This document shows positions 29,799 through 39,185 of a stretch of DNA of 64,000 bases, piece by piece. The notes beneath the pieces are model-generated. The model had not been told where the DNA came from and searched no databases. It worked only from the letters and a program-made list of their open reading frames with translations. The DNA lies in IMG/VR virus record IMGVR_UViG_3300028534_000022, positions 10,697 through 74,696 of that record, one strand, 5' to 3'. The stretch comes from a virus. How positions within the stretch are numbered: the stretch's first letter is position 1; every line of letters starts with the position of its first letter. Position numbers and translations under genes: made by a program.

Positions 29799-32700
29799 AT
29801 GAAAAGTATGATAGATAATGCTACATATGTAGAAAATATAACTGAACAAGAAGTTACTGAAAAAGCATGGACTAAGTTTGGAGAAAGTACAGTAACTCAT
29901 GACCCAGGAAGATTAGGGTTTAGAAGTTGTGCTAAAATTTTAGATAGTACTGACCCATTTGGAGATGGTAGTTTAACTAATAAGTATTTGTTTTTTAACG
30001 ATACTACTACTGATTTAACAGGTAATCGTGATTTATCTTTAGTTGGTGATGTAGCGTTAATAGATTCTATTTATGGTAAAGGTATAAATTGTTTAAGTCC
30101 GGATACCAGCCCTACTAGCGATTATTCAAATCTGGATATAAATTTTTTTAATGACAATGATTCATTCAGCATACATATTGTATTTATGGTTAATAGTTGT
30201 TCTTCCGGATTAACTAATTCAATATATTCAAATTATAATTGTGATATCCAAGTATATACTGGATTAATATTCTACGACGACTTAATGTTGCGATATAGTT
30301 ATTGGGATAGAAATACATCTAGTACAGCATACCATAATATCTTACCTCATGCTTTAGAATTAAATAAAAAATATGTAGTGACGGTAACTACAGATAAACA
30401 AACTAATACAAATACATTATATGTTAATGGTATGTTGGTCGATAAAGTTGTACATAGTGCTATTGCTAATAATTTAAGTCAAACACCAAGAATTTTTGGA
30501 TGGGAGAATAACTGTGATAATAATAATCATATTAGTGCTGATGTAGTTATCTATGAATTAGAGCTCTATAATAGAGCATTAACACACGAAGACCATCTTA
30601 AATTATTAACACAGGTGTTAAGTACTGAAGAAAAAGTAAATACAATTTACCCAGTAACTAAAGAGATACCTTCTTCTATTTACGAGAATATGCTAGTTGC
30701 TAATACCAATAATAGTATTTTAAATATGAAAGTTGATAGTGTTGAAAGAGATATCTTTACTATAGTCGAAAAACAACAACTTACTGCCAGTGATGCTCAA
30801 GATAGTGATTTATATGGCGCATCTGTAGCCATATCTAGTGACGGATTAGTATTAGCAGTAGGTTCTAATTATGAAGATACAGCAGGTACAGATGCAGGTA
30901 AAGTATATACCTATAAAAGAGCTACTGTAAATGACGTATGGACTGAAGTTAACCAACTTACTGCCAGTGATGCTCAAGATAGTGATTTATATGGCGTATC
31001 TGTAGCCATATCTAATGATGGGTTAGTGTTAGTAGTAGGAGCATATACTGAAGATACGGCAGGTACTAATGCAGGTAAAGTATACACTTATAAGAGAGCC
31101 ACTATAGATGATACATGGACTGAAGTTAACCAACTAACAGCTAGTGATGCTCAAGATAATGATAATTTTGGTAGCAGTGTATCTATGTCTAATAATGGTT
31201 TAGTAATGGCTGTAGGCGCATATGGCGAGGATACTGCTGTAAACTTAGCTGGTAAAGTCTATACATATAAAAGAGCTACTATAGATGATACATGGGTAGA
31301 AGTTAACCAACTAACAGCTAGCGATGCCCAAGATAGTGATGAATTTGGTAAATCAGTAGCACTATCTAATAATGGTTTGGTATTGACCGTAGGTGCGTAT
31401 TATGAAGATACGGCAGGTACTAATGCAGGTAAAGTATACACTTATAAAAGACCTACTGTAAATGACGTATGGACTGAAGTTAACCAACTAACAGCTAGTA
31501 ATGCTGGGGCTGGTGATTATTTTGGTTCATCTACTGCATTATCTGGTGATGGGCTAGTGTTAGTAGTTGGAGCAAATGGTGAAGATGATGCGTCAGGGGA
31601 TGCTGGTAAAGTATACACTTATAAGAGAGCTACTATAGATGATGCTTGGGTAGAAGTTAACCAACTAACAGCTAGCGATGCACAAGATAGTGACTATTTT
31701 GGTGTGAGTGTTTCTATAAATGCAGATGGCGCTATCTTGGTAGTAGGTGCGAAAAATAAAGATGTAGCCGGCACTAACACTGGTAAAGTTTACGAATATC
31801 GCATAGGCGATTTAGTAATAGCTGATATTACAACATCTAATACAAATAATGAAGTAATCATAGATGCTTTCGAAGATAATGATTTACATTTATTAATGAC
31901 TTTAGAAGATACTAAAGATAGATGTATTAGTATTCCTAATAATCAGCATTTAGATATTGTTGCTGTAAATGATCCGTATAATAATATTATTACTGTTAAT
32001 ACAGATATAGATATTAATACAGGAATGAATGTTATGGCTGATGGAGTAAATCAGTCTTTAACTAATGTTACATTTAAGGAAGTCGATTTTAATACTATTA
32101 CTGAAATAAGTCAGCTATACGCACTAGATACATCAACTAACGATCAATATGGGTCTGCTGTATCTATTACTAACGATGGATTAATTATGTTGGTAGGTGC
32201 ATATGGTAATGATTCAATAGATAATGATACTGGTAAAGTATATGAATATCAAAGAAAATCGATTTATGATAGCTGGGTAGAAGTTAACCAACTAACAGCT
32301 AGTGACGCTACTGCTGGTGATTATTTTGGTACATCTGTATCAATATCTAATGACGGCTTAGTGTTAATTGTTGGCGCATCATATGAAGATACTGCAGGTA
32401 GTAACGCCGGTAAAGTATATACCTATAAAAGAGCTACTGTAAATGACGTATGGACTGAAGTTAACCAACTAACAGCTAGTGATGCTCAAGATAATGATAA
32501 TTTTGGTAGACGTTTATCCTTATCTAGTGACGGATTAGTATTAGTAGTAGGAGCATATTTACAAGATACTGCAGCTACTGATGCAGGTAAAGTCTATACT
32601 TATAAGAGATCTACTATAGATGATACATGGACTGAAGTTAACCAACTAACAGCTAGTGATGCTGCAGCTAGTGATGGGTTTGGTCATGGGTTAACATTAG

Positions 32701-34631
32701 CAAATAATGGGTTACTTATGATCGTTGGGGCGTATAATGAGGGTAGTGGAGCAGGTAAAGTTTATGAATATCAGAGAGTAAGCATAAATGACGCATGGAC
32801 TGAAATAAGACAAATGACTGCTCTGAATAGTGGCGGTGATGATCGTTTTGGTATAGGTGTGGCTGTTTCTGAAAATGGATTAGTAATGGCGGTAGGCGCT
32901 GATTATGCTGACGATAATGGAACTAATGCTGGTAAAGTATATGTGTACCAAAGATCTACAATAACAGATAATTGGACAGAAGAACTAAGAATGACTGCAG
33001 CAGACGGACAAGCATCTGATTATTATGGTCAAGGAGTTGCTGTTGGTTTAGATGGAAAAATATTAATTGTTGGTTCTATGGGTGCAGATACAACAACTAC
33101 TGATACCGGTAAAGTATATGAATACCGATCTAATGGTGTTTATGATTTAGATTTAACTAACCATAACCTTACTAATAATCCTAGATTACTCTATATTAAT
33201 GGTGGCTTAGAATTTAATTTAAAATCAATTACCAGTACAGAAGCTATAGGATATGTAGATTACCGTAACTATAAAGGTATTGCTAATAAACACAATTACC
33301 TTACTACTGGAGATACTTTAAATATTGATGGTAAAGATATAGTTCTTACAAATACGGTATCTAATATAGGTGAAATTTTATTTGATACTATTACTGAAAT
33401 AAGACAACTAACTGCTAGTGATGCCGGAGATGGTGCACAATACGGTGCTAGTGTAGATATTTCTGATGATAAATTAATGTTATTTATAGGTGCAACATTC
33501 GGTGTTTCTGATGGTGTCGATACAGGTAAAGTATACGAATATCGTCGCTCTACTATGGATGATGATTGGGTAGAAATCAGTAATTTTTGCGCATCCGATA
33601 GCGCATCCGGAGATAATTTTGGGTCAGCTGTTAATATAACGAATAATGGATTAATCTTATTAGTAGGTGCCGCTAACCATAGTGGTGATAATGGTAAAGT
33701 CTACGAATACCAAAGACCAGATATAGATTCTGATTGGACAGAAGTTAATGTTTTAAATGCAAGATCAACAGATGAAAGATTTGGTAAAAGTATAGATAGT
33801 ACTCCAGATGGACTCACATTGGTAGTCGGAGCTAAATACTATGATTCCGGAATTGGTAGAGTATATACATATTATAGACAAACTATCAATGACGAGTGGA
33901 CATTTGATGAAACAATTTCTTCAACTAGTACAAATATGGAATATTTCGGAGATGATGTTGCTATTAGTAGTAATGGTATGGCATTAATTATTGGCGCGCA
34001 TTATAACAATAGTACTCGAGGTATAGCATATAGTTATGTTAAAGATGATACATGGACTAGAATTAATACTATTTTACCTTCAGATATATCATCAGAAGAT
34101 AGATTTGGTATGGGTTTAGATATGTCATCTGATGGATTATTATGTGCGATTTCTTCACTTACTGAAGATACTGCAGCTAGTAATGCTGGTAAAGTATACT
34201 TTTTTAAACGAGACAGGATAGATTCTAGCTGGAATGAATTTATGACAATAACTGCTAGCGATGCTCAAGATAATGATTATTATGGTATGGGTGTAGCATT
34301 ATCTAGCGACGGGCTTGTATTAGTAGTAGGAGCATTTTTACAAGATACTGCAGCTAGTAATGCAGGTAAAGCATATATATATCAAATGGATTATATTGAA
34401 GATATTACTGTAACTTATGATGATTTAGGATATACTCCTATTAAAGCAAAAGTTCCTAATAGACAAACATTAATTCCTATTAGTAACAAACTATATGAAT
34501 TAACCAATATTAAACATACTTATGGTGAATTCATTAAAGGAGGTAGAGCAGTTCAACGTACACTTATCATGTCTAAAAAAGATATGGTAGTTAAAGAACC
34601 ACTTTCTACATTATTATATTATCAAACATAA
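29799..34631 (+). CDS. LamG/concanavalin-like domain plus 3 x 6 FG-GAP repeats; putative receptor-binding protein
   Basis: N-terminal DPFGDGS...FSIHIVF...LYVNG...IYELELYNRALT (LamG-like); 18 FG-GAP units; C-terminus GRAVQR...EPLS paralogous to GRAISR...EPLT of 24327..28484. Confidence 0.8.
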   Translation: MKSMIDNATYVENITEQEVTEKAWTKFGESTVTHDPGRLGFRSCAKILDSTDPFGDGSLTNKYLFFNDTTTDLTGNRDLSLVGDVALIDSIYGKGINCLSPDTSPTSDYSNLDINFFNDNDSFSIHIVFMVNSCSSGLTNSIYSNYNCDIQVYTGLIFYDDLMLRYSYWDRNTSSTAYHNILPHALELNKKYVVTVTTDKQTNTNTLYVNGMLVDKVVHSAIANNLSQTPRIFGWENNCDNNNHISADVVIYELELYNRALTHEDHLKLLTQVLSTEEKVNTIYPVTKEIPSSIYENMLVANTNNSILNMKVDSVERDIFTIVEKQQLTASDAQDSDLYGASVAISSDGLVLAVGSNYEDTAGTDAGKVYTYKRATVNDVWTEVNQLTASDAQDSDLYGVSVAISNDGLVLVVGAYTEDTAGTNAGKVYTYKRATIDDTWTEVNQLTASDAQDNDNFGSSVSMSNNGLVMAVGAYGEDTAVNLAGKVYTYKRATIDDTWVEVNQLTASDAQDSDEFGKSVALSNNGLVLTVGAYYEDTAGTNAGKVYTYKRPTVNDVWTEVNQLTASNAGAGDYFGSSTALSGDGLVLVVGANGEDDASGDAGKVYTYKRATIDDAWVEVNQLTASDAQDSDYFGVSVSINADGAILVVGAKNKDVAGTNTGKVYEYRIGDLVIADITTSNTNNEVIIDAFEDNDLHLLMTLEDTKDRCISIPNNQHLDIVAVNDPYNNIITVNTDIDINTGMNVMADGVNQSLTNVTFKEVDFNTITEISQLYALDTSTNDQYGSAVSITNDGLIMLVGAYGNDSIDNDTGKVYEYQRKSIYDSWVEVNQLTASDATAGDYFGTSVSISNDGLVLIVGASYEDTAGSNAGKVYTYKRATVNDVWTEVNQLTASDAQDNDNFGRRLSLSSDGLVLVVGAYLQDTAATDAGKVYTYKRSTIDDTWTEVNQLTASDAAASDGFGHGLTLANNGLLMIVGAYNEGSGAGKVYEYQRVSINDAWTEIRQMTALNSGGDDRFGIGVAVSENGLVMAVGADYADDNGTNAGKVYVYQRSTITDNWTEELRMTAADGQASDYYGQGVAVGLDGKILIVGSMGADTTTTDTGKVYEYRSNGVYDLDLTNHNLTNNPRLLYINGGLEFNLKSITSTEAIGYVDYRNYKGIANKHNYLTTGDTLNIDGKDIVLTNTVSNIGEILFDTITEIRQLTASDAGDGAQYGASVDISDDKLMLFIGATFGVSDGVDTGKVYEYRRSTMDDDWVEISNFCASDSASGDNFGSAVNITNNGLILLVGAANHSGDNGKVYEYQRPDIDSDWTEVNVLNARSTDERFGKSIDSTPDGLTLVVGAKYYDSGIGRVYTYYRQTINDEWTFDETISSTSTNMEYFGDDVAISSNGMALIIGAHYNNSTRGIAYSYVKDDTWTRINTILPSDISSEDRFGMGLDMSSDGLLCAISSLTEDTAASNAGKVYFFKRDRIDSSWNEFMTITASDAQDNDYYGMGVALSSDGLVLVVGAFLQDTAASNAGKAYIYQMDYIEDITVTYDDLGYTPIKAKVPNRQTLIPISNKLYELTNIKHTYGEFIKGGRAVQRTLIMSKKDMVVKEPLSTLLYYQT
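30770..34390 (+). repeat. ~174-bp coding repeats, second gene (approximate bounds; third block divergent)
   Basis: Same unit as 24600-28240 in blocks 1-2, degenerate in block 3. Confidence 0.8.
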
Positions 34632-34644
34632 TATAATCAATACA

Positions 34645-34676
34645 TACTACAAGTCCTTCATTGAGGACTTGTAGTA
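34645..34676 (+). terminator. Hairpin terminator upstream of the lysis/TCS block
   Basis: TACTACAAGTCCT-N6-AGGACTTGTAGTA. Confidence 0.65.
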
Positions 34677-34714
34677 CTATTTCTATTTGTCTATATTTTA
34701 TTTAAGGAAATAAT

Positions 34715-35404
34715 ATGATTAAGTATTTATATTGGTTATTTGTTTTATTCATGGTGGTTTTTAGAAAACTAACTGGATTGATTATGGTATGGTTCACATT
34801 GCCATTTAGGAGTTATGCTAGGAATACTATTTATTCTTATCATTTAGAAAATGATATCTTTTTAAAACGTTTATGGGAAAGAAGACCTAAAAAAGTTGTT
34901 ACTGGATTATGGGAATTAACATGGTCACCGCACCCAGTTAAAGCTAATACTAGGTTTATACATACTAGAAAAGTTAGTATAGTAGAGTACTATTTAGTAC
35001 TTTGGTTATTATGGGGTTGGTTAGACGATGATGCTAATGAGGATACATATGATAAAGGATTTAACCAAACTATAATAAATCATAAACGTAAAAAATGGAT
35101 TCCTAATTTTATAATTAATAAATTACAAAAAGCAGTAGATAAAGCTAAAGTGTGTCCAGTAGAAGGTAATTCTTTTGATTTAGGTGACACAAGAGGTTAT
35201 TATCCTTTATTTGAATTTTGGTCTACACTTTTATGGACTAACCGTAATACTGCTTATAATTTTAATTATAAATTCCATGAAATATCTAATAAAAAGTTAG
35301 TATGGTCTATTAAAGTAAAAGGTGGGTTAATAGGATGGCGTGAGGGTACTAAAGTACAAGGCATTCAAACATACAATTTTGAAATATATTATAAGGAAAA
35401 ATAA
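34715..35404 (+). CDS. Putative membrane protein (Trp-rich, WTNRNTAYNF motif)
   Basis: Hydrophobic N-terminal and central segments; first gene of the lysis-like block. Confidence 0.6.
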   Translation: MIKYLYWLFVLFMVVFRKLTGLIMVWFTLPFRSYARNTIYSYHLENDIFLKRLWERRPKKVVTGLWELTWSPHPVKANTRFIHTRKVSIVEYYLVLWLLWGWLDDDANEDTYDKGFNQTIINHKRKKWIPNFIINKLQKAVDKAKVCPVEGNSFDLGDTRGYYPLFEFWSTLLWTNRNTAYNFNYKFHEISNKKLVWSIKVKGGLIGWREGTKVQGIQTYNFEIYYKEK

Positions 35405-35919
35405 TGCACAAAACAAATCGGTCTACTGATACATTAATCTATTTTGGTGTAACACAAGGAGTATCTTTTTATTCTAAAATCATCAAATGGTTTCAATGGG
35501 GTAACCCTAATGTACATGTCTTTTATCTACCTGAAGAAGGTTATAAAGAAATAGATCCAGTTATTATAGAATCAATGGCGGGCTATGGTGTACATGAAGA
35601 TAAACTTTCTAAATCACATACACCGGGAACGATATATACTGTTTTTTCTTTACGGGTTACTAAAAAACAAAAAGAAGAGTTTGAACAATTCTTACGTTCT
35701 AAAATTGGACTTAAATACGATTATCGCGGTTTACTAGGTTTTGGTATCAGAGTGAATACCAATATCAAAGATAAGTACTTCTGTTCTGAACTAGTATATG
35801 AAGGATTACAATCTGTAGGAGTTAATCTTTTTAGAACACTTAAACCAGAACAAGTTTTCCCTTCTTTATTTATAGAGTCAATCTTACTTAAAGAAGAATA
35901 CAAAACCAATACAATATAA
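35404..35919 (+). CDS. Permuted papain-like amidase (YiiX/YebB-like NlpC/P60)
   Basis: His (NVHV) precedes Cys (IGLKYDY...YFCSELV), the permuted order. Confidence 0.75.
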   Translation: MHKTNRSTDTLIYFGVTQGVSFYSKIIKWFQWGNPNVHVFYLPEEGYKEIDPVIIESMAGYGVHEDKLSKSHTPGTIYTVFSLRVTKKQKEEFEQFLRSKIGLKYDYRGLLGFGIRVNTNIKDKYFCSELVYEGLQSVGVNLFRTLKPEQVFPSLFIESILLKEEYKTNTI

Positions 35920-35928
35920 GGATACAAC

Positions 35929-36459
35929 ATGGGAAGAAAAATTACATTAGAAGAATCTAAGAACATTAGACTATCTGAAAACTTTACTTTAGACGAGTTT
36001 ATATATTCTGAAGTAGCTGAAAAATATGGTATTGACAATAGTATGCCTGAAGCATATTTACCACATATACAGTATTTAGTAACAACGGTATTACAACCGG
36101 TTAGGGATAAATTTGGTCCTATCAAAGTTCTCTCCGGTTATAGATCGCCGGAACTATCAACACACCCTAAAATAGGTAGTTCAAAATACTCTAACCACTG
36201 TTTTGGATATGCTGCTGATATTGAACCATACGATACTAACATACCATTAACTGAAGTGTTACGTTATATTCACGCACATTTAGACTATAAAGAACTTATA
36301 GCTGAACACTTTCCGTCAGGATGGGTGCATGTAGCAGCACAGAAATATAACAACAAACACGTTTTAAAATTAAAAGATAAAACACACCACTATACTAAAG
36401 TAAGTATTGATTTTATTAATACTCTTTATCCAAGAAATAAAACAACGAGGGTAGCATAG
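35929..36459 (+). CDS. Peptidase M15A endolysin
   Basis: LSENFTLDEF, LQPVRDKFG, SGYRS, SNHCFGYAADI, WVHV. Confidence 0.88.
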   Translation: MGRKITLEESKNIRLSENFTLDEFIYSEVAEKYGIDNSMPEAYLPHIQYLVTTVLQPVRDKFGPIKVLSGYRSPELSTHPKIGSSKYSNHCFGYAADIEPYDTNIPLTEVLRYIHAHLDYKELIAEHFPSGWVHVAAQKYNNKHVLKLKDKTHHYTKVSIDFINTLYPRNKTTRVA

Positions 36460-36482
36460 CTATCCTCCTATAAGGAATAGCT

Positions 36483-36992
36483 ATGTCTGATAAAGAAAAA
36501 ATAAATGTTGAAATAGAAAACATCATAACTGAGTTAACACATATTAAAGATAAACTTTATGATTTACAAGAATCTACATCTAGTGAAAATATATTTAAAG
36601 ATTTAGTTAAACTAAATAACATAGAAACTGAGCTATATGAAATACTTATTTTACTCTATTCTAATAACAAAGCAGAATTAGATTTAGTAAAACATAACCA
36701 TATGACTCACAGTAGCAAAATTGTAGATAGTTCTATTAATATTGCTAATAAGATATCTTTGCTTAAAAAAGATTTAGATCACTTAGAGACTAAAGTAGAA
36801 GAACATACAACACAATTAAGTAAACTTAATACTAGTAGTAAGAAAAATACATTAAAAGTAGTTTTAATATTTTTCGGTATGGGACTCATTACTTTTATTA
36901 TATTTATGTTTTCTATTCATTACTTCCCAGAAGAAACATCTAAAATGCTAGAATTTATATTATCGGCATTAGATACAAAAGCATTAGCTTAA
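36483..36992 (+). CDS. Coiled-coil protein with a single C-terminal TM helix (holin-like candidate)
   Basis: Heptad N-terminus; TM VVLIFFGMGLITFIIFMFSIHYF; follows the endolysin. Confidence 0.55.
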   Translation: MSDKEKINVEIENIITELTHIKDKLYDLQESTSSENIFKDLVKLNNIETELYEILILLYSNNKAELDLVKHNHMTHSSKIVDSSINIANKISLLKKDLDHLETKVEEHTTQLSKLNTSSKKNTLKVVLIFFGMGLITFIIFMFSIHYFPEETSKMLEFILSALDTKALA

Positions 36993-37005
36993 TTAAGGAT
37001 ATACA

Positions 37006-37683
37006 ATGTTATTCAATTTTAGTAAGATCACGAATCTATTTTCATCAGATGCTAAATCTGAAGTTAAAAAAACTACTAATAAGAGAGAGACGATAGAGGA
37101 TATTTTTGACTCTAAAGATTATTCAGTTGATTTTAAAGTTAATCAGTTAGACCTCAATACATTTGAAGATCCAATCATAATAAATTCAGACAAAGAAAAG
37201 ACCCTACTTATATTAGACGACATAGAAGAGTCAGACTATCTATTCAATATTGATTTCCGTATAATTAAAGAAAAATATGGATATGATATCTTTAAGGAAT
37301 TAAAGATAGTTAAATGTTACGGTAAGCAAGCAGGATTTATAGCAAAAAAATATCTATCTAATCCAGACAATAAAGTAGATTATGCTATATTAGATATTAC
37401 ATTAGGTAATAGTTTAAAACTAGCTGACGGTAGTTATATAGAGTATGATGGCATAGATATAGGTTTACAAATATTAGAACAAAACCCAGAAGCTATTATT
37501 AGGTTCCTAACTGCACATACTCTTAATAGACGTAACCCAATGATGATGGAGTACTTTAATAAGTTTGAAAGTAATACTAATAAACTTATTGATGATTTTT
37601 ACATAAATAAAAATGGTGATAGACCTAACAAATACGCTGTGATGCTAGGTATATTGAAAGAAGATCAAAATGGAAAAGATTAG
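37006..37683 (+). CDS. Stand-alone response-regulator receiver (REC) protein with N-terminal extension
   Basis: LLILDD (beta1), AILDITL (phospho-acceptor Asp), DGIDI, FLTAH (Thr), YINK (Lys); overlaps the kinase start. Confidence 0.8.
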   Translation: MLFNFSKITNLFSSDAKSEVKKTTNKRETIEDIFDSKDYSVDFKVNQLDLNTFEDPIIINSDKEKTLLILDDIEESDYLFNIDFRIIKEKYGYDIFKELKIVKCYGKQAGFIAKKYLSNPDNKVDYAILDITLGNSLKLADGSYIEYDGIDIGLQILEQNPEAIIRFLTAHTLNRRNPMMMEYFNKFESNTNKLIDDFYINKNGDRPNKYAVMLGILKEDQNGKD

Positions 37684-39091
37684 TTTAGCACTCATATTTA
37701 CTACTAAAAATATAAAAAACTATATAAAAAATATATCTTTAAGTTTAATTATTGTTTCTTTATTCGAAATATGGATTTTACACCTTATATATATGAATAG
37801 AGTAGACCATTTAAAAAATGAAACTATTTCTCTTTTAAAAGAGAGTGATTATGATTTTCATTTAGTTTGTAATATTACTAATTGTAAATATATAATTTAT
37901 GATAATGTAATATATCTAGTAAAGGATAATGCTAAATTAATAAAAACTATAGATTATAATTTAGAAAGTAACATGATACCAGGTATATGCTTTACTAAAG
38001 AATGGTATACAGTAATGCATTTAGGATATATAGATAAGCATAAAATAATACTCGTTATAGACGATATATTATATCTTAAAAATATAATACGTGCATTATA
38101 TTATAATATACTTATGTTAATACTTATATTCACAGTAACTTATTTTAGTTATATTTATTATTTAGAGAAATCTAACCTAGTAGAAAAAAGAACATATGAA
38201 TTAGAGCTAGAAGGTACATTACAGAGAACTTTAACTGAATCAGCACACCATGAAATGATGATGCCGTTAGCAGTAATAAAAACATTATTTAACGATTTTA
38301 TAAGACAGTTATATCCTTGTTCTATTAACGATAACGGTATATGTAGTTACATTACCAATAAATCTCCGTGCCAGAACTGCGCGCATAGAAATAGTAAGTA
38401 TACTAGAAAAGTTGATACTTTAGTCATCAACTATTTTAATAAGATTAATTTAGCTATAGAACAACTGGAATCTGTATTATCACAAATGTCAGAAACAAAA
38501 CATATCAAATATTCTAATGGTAACAAAGGAATATATGAATTACTTAATAATGCAGTACAAACTATTAATAGTAGTAGTGTACAGAAGTTAACTCTTAATA
38601 TGCGTAAAGAAGATAAAGAACTATTAAATAACTATGCAGTTAATAAGCCATTAACTAATGGTGACGTATTAAATATTTTTAGTAATCACATTAACAATAG
38701 TAAAGAAGCTAAGGCTACTATTATTAAAGTTAAAGCATTACTACACAAAGATAATAAAGTTGTTATTTATCTGGGAGATAACGGAATAGGTATACGTGAT
38801 AAATACGGACACATTATAGATACTGATACAGTATTTAAAAACGGGTTTAGTACTAAAGATAAAGCTGGTAATGCTATAGTGGTTGAAGCTACCTGGTTAA
38901 ATAAAATTAAAGATATATTAGATACATTATTTGGTAGTAAAAGAACTACTAAATCTGTAAGAGGTGTAGGTTTATTCATAAATAAAAATATACTTAATAA
39001 AGCAGGTGGTGATGTTGAGCTAGTAGATACTAGTGAAAATGGTACCGTTTTTAAACTAACAATACCTGTTAAAAAGAAACATTTAGAATAA
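37670..39091 (+). CDS. Membrane-bound sensor histidine kinase
   Basis: Two TM helices flanking ~95 aa; H-box AHHEMMMPL; N-box SNHINNSKEA; G1 DNGIGI; F VFKNGFSTK; G2 GVGL...GGDVEL...GTVFKLTIP. Confidence 0.9.
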   Translation: MEKISLALIFTTKNIKNYIKNISLSLIIVSLFEIWILHLIYMNRVDHLKNETISLLKESDYDFHLVCNITNCKYIIYDNVIYLVKDNAKLIKTIDYNLESNMIPGICFTKEWYTVMHLGYIDKHKIILVIDDILYLKNIIRALYYNILMLILIFTVTYFSYIYYLEKSNLVEKRTYELELEGTLQRTLTESAHHEMMMPLAVIKTLFNDFIRQLYPCSINDNGICSYITNKSPCQNCAHRNSKYTRKVDTLVINYFNKINLAIEQLESVLSQMSETKHIKYSNGNKGIYELLNNAVQTINSSSVQKLTLNMRKEDKELLNNYAVNKPLTNGDVLNIFSNHINNSKEAKATIIKVKALLHKDNKVVIYLGDNGIGIRDKYGHIIDTDTVFKNGFSTKDKAGNAIVVEATWLNKIKDILDTLFGSKRTTKSVRGVGLFINKNILNKAGGDVELVDTSENGTVFKLTIPVKKKHLE

Positions 39092-39120
39092 CATAGTTAC
39101 GATAATCGTAACTATGTTAT
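39088..39120 (+). terminator. 16-bp-arm palindrome closing the lysis/TCS block
   Basis: ATAACATAGTTACGAT-A-ATCGTAACTATGTTAT, overlapping the stop. Confidence 0.7.
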
Positions 39121-39185
39121 ATTTTATATTGTTCCACTTAAATGAATGTTTTGATAAGTATATAATATAATACAAAGGAAAAAAT

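Noticed and set aside
24600-34390. CRISPR array or diversity-generating retroelement
   Set aside because: Repeats are ~174-bp in-frame coding units with no unique spacers; differences are not adenine-specific; no reverse transcriptase or template repeat is visible.
37006-39091. Two-component genes as host contamination or a prophage boundary
   Set aside because: Composition, RBS style and flanking palindromes match the surrounding phage genes; no integrase, att-like repeat or host housekeeping genes nearby.
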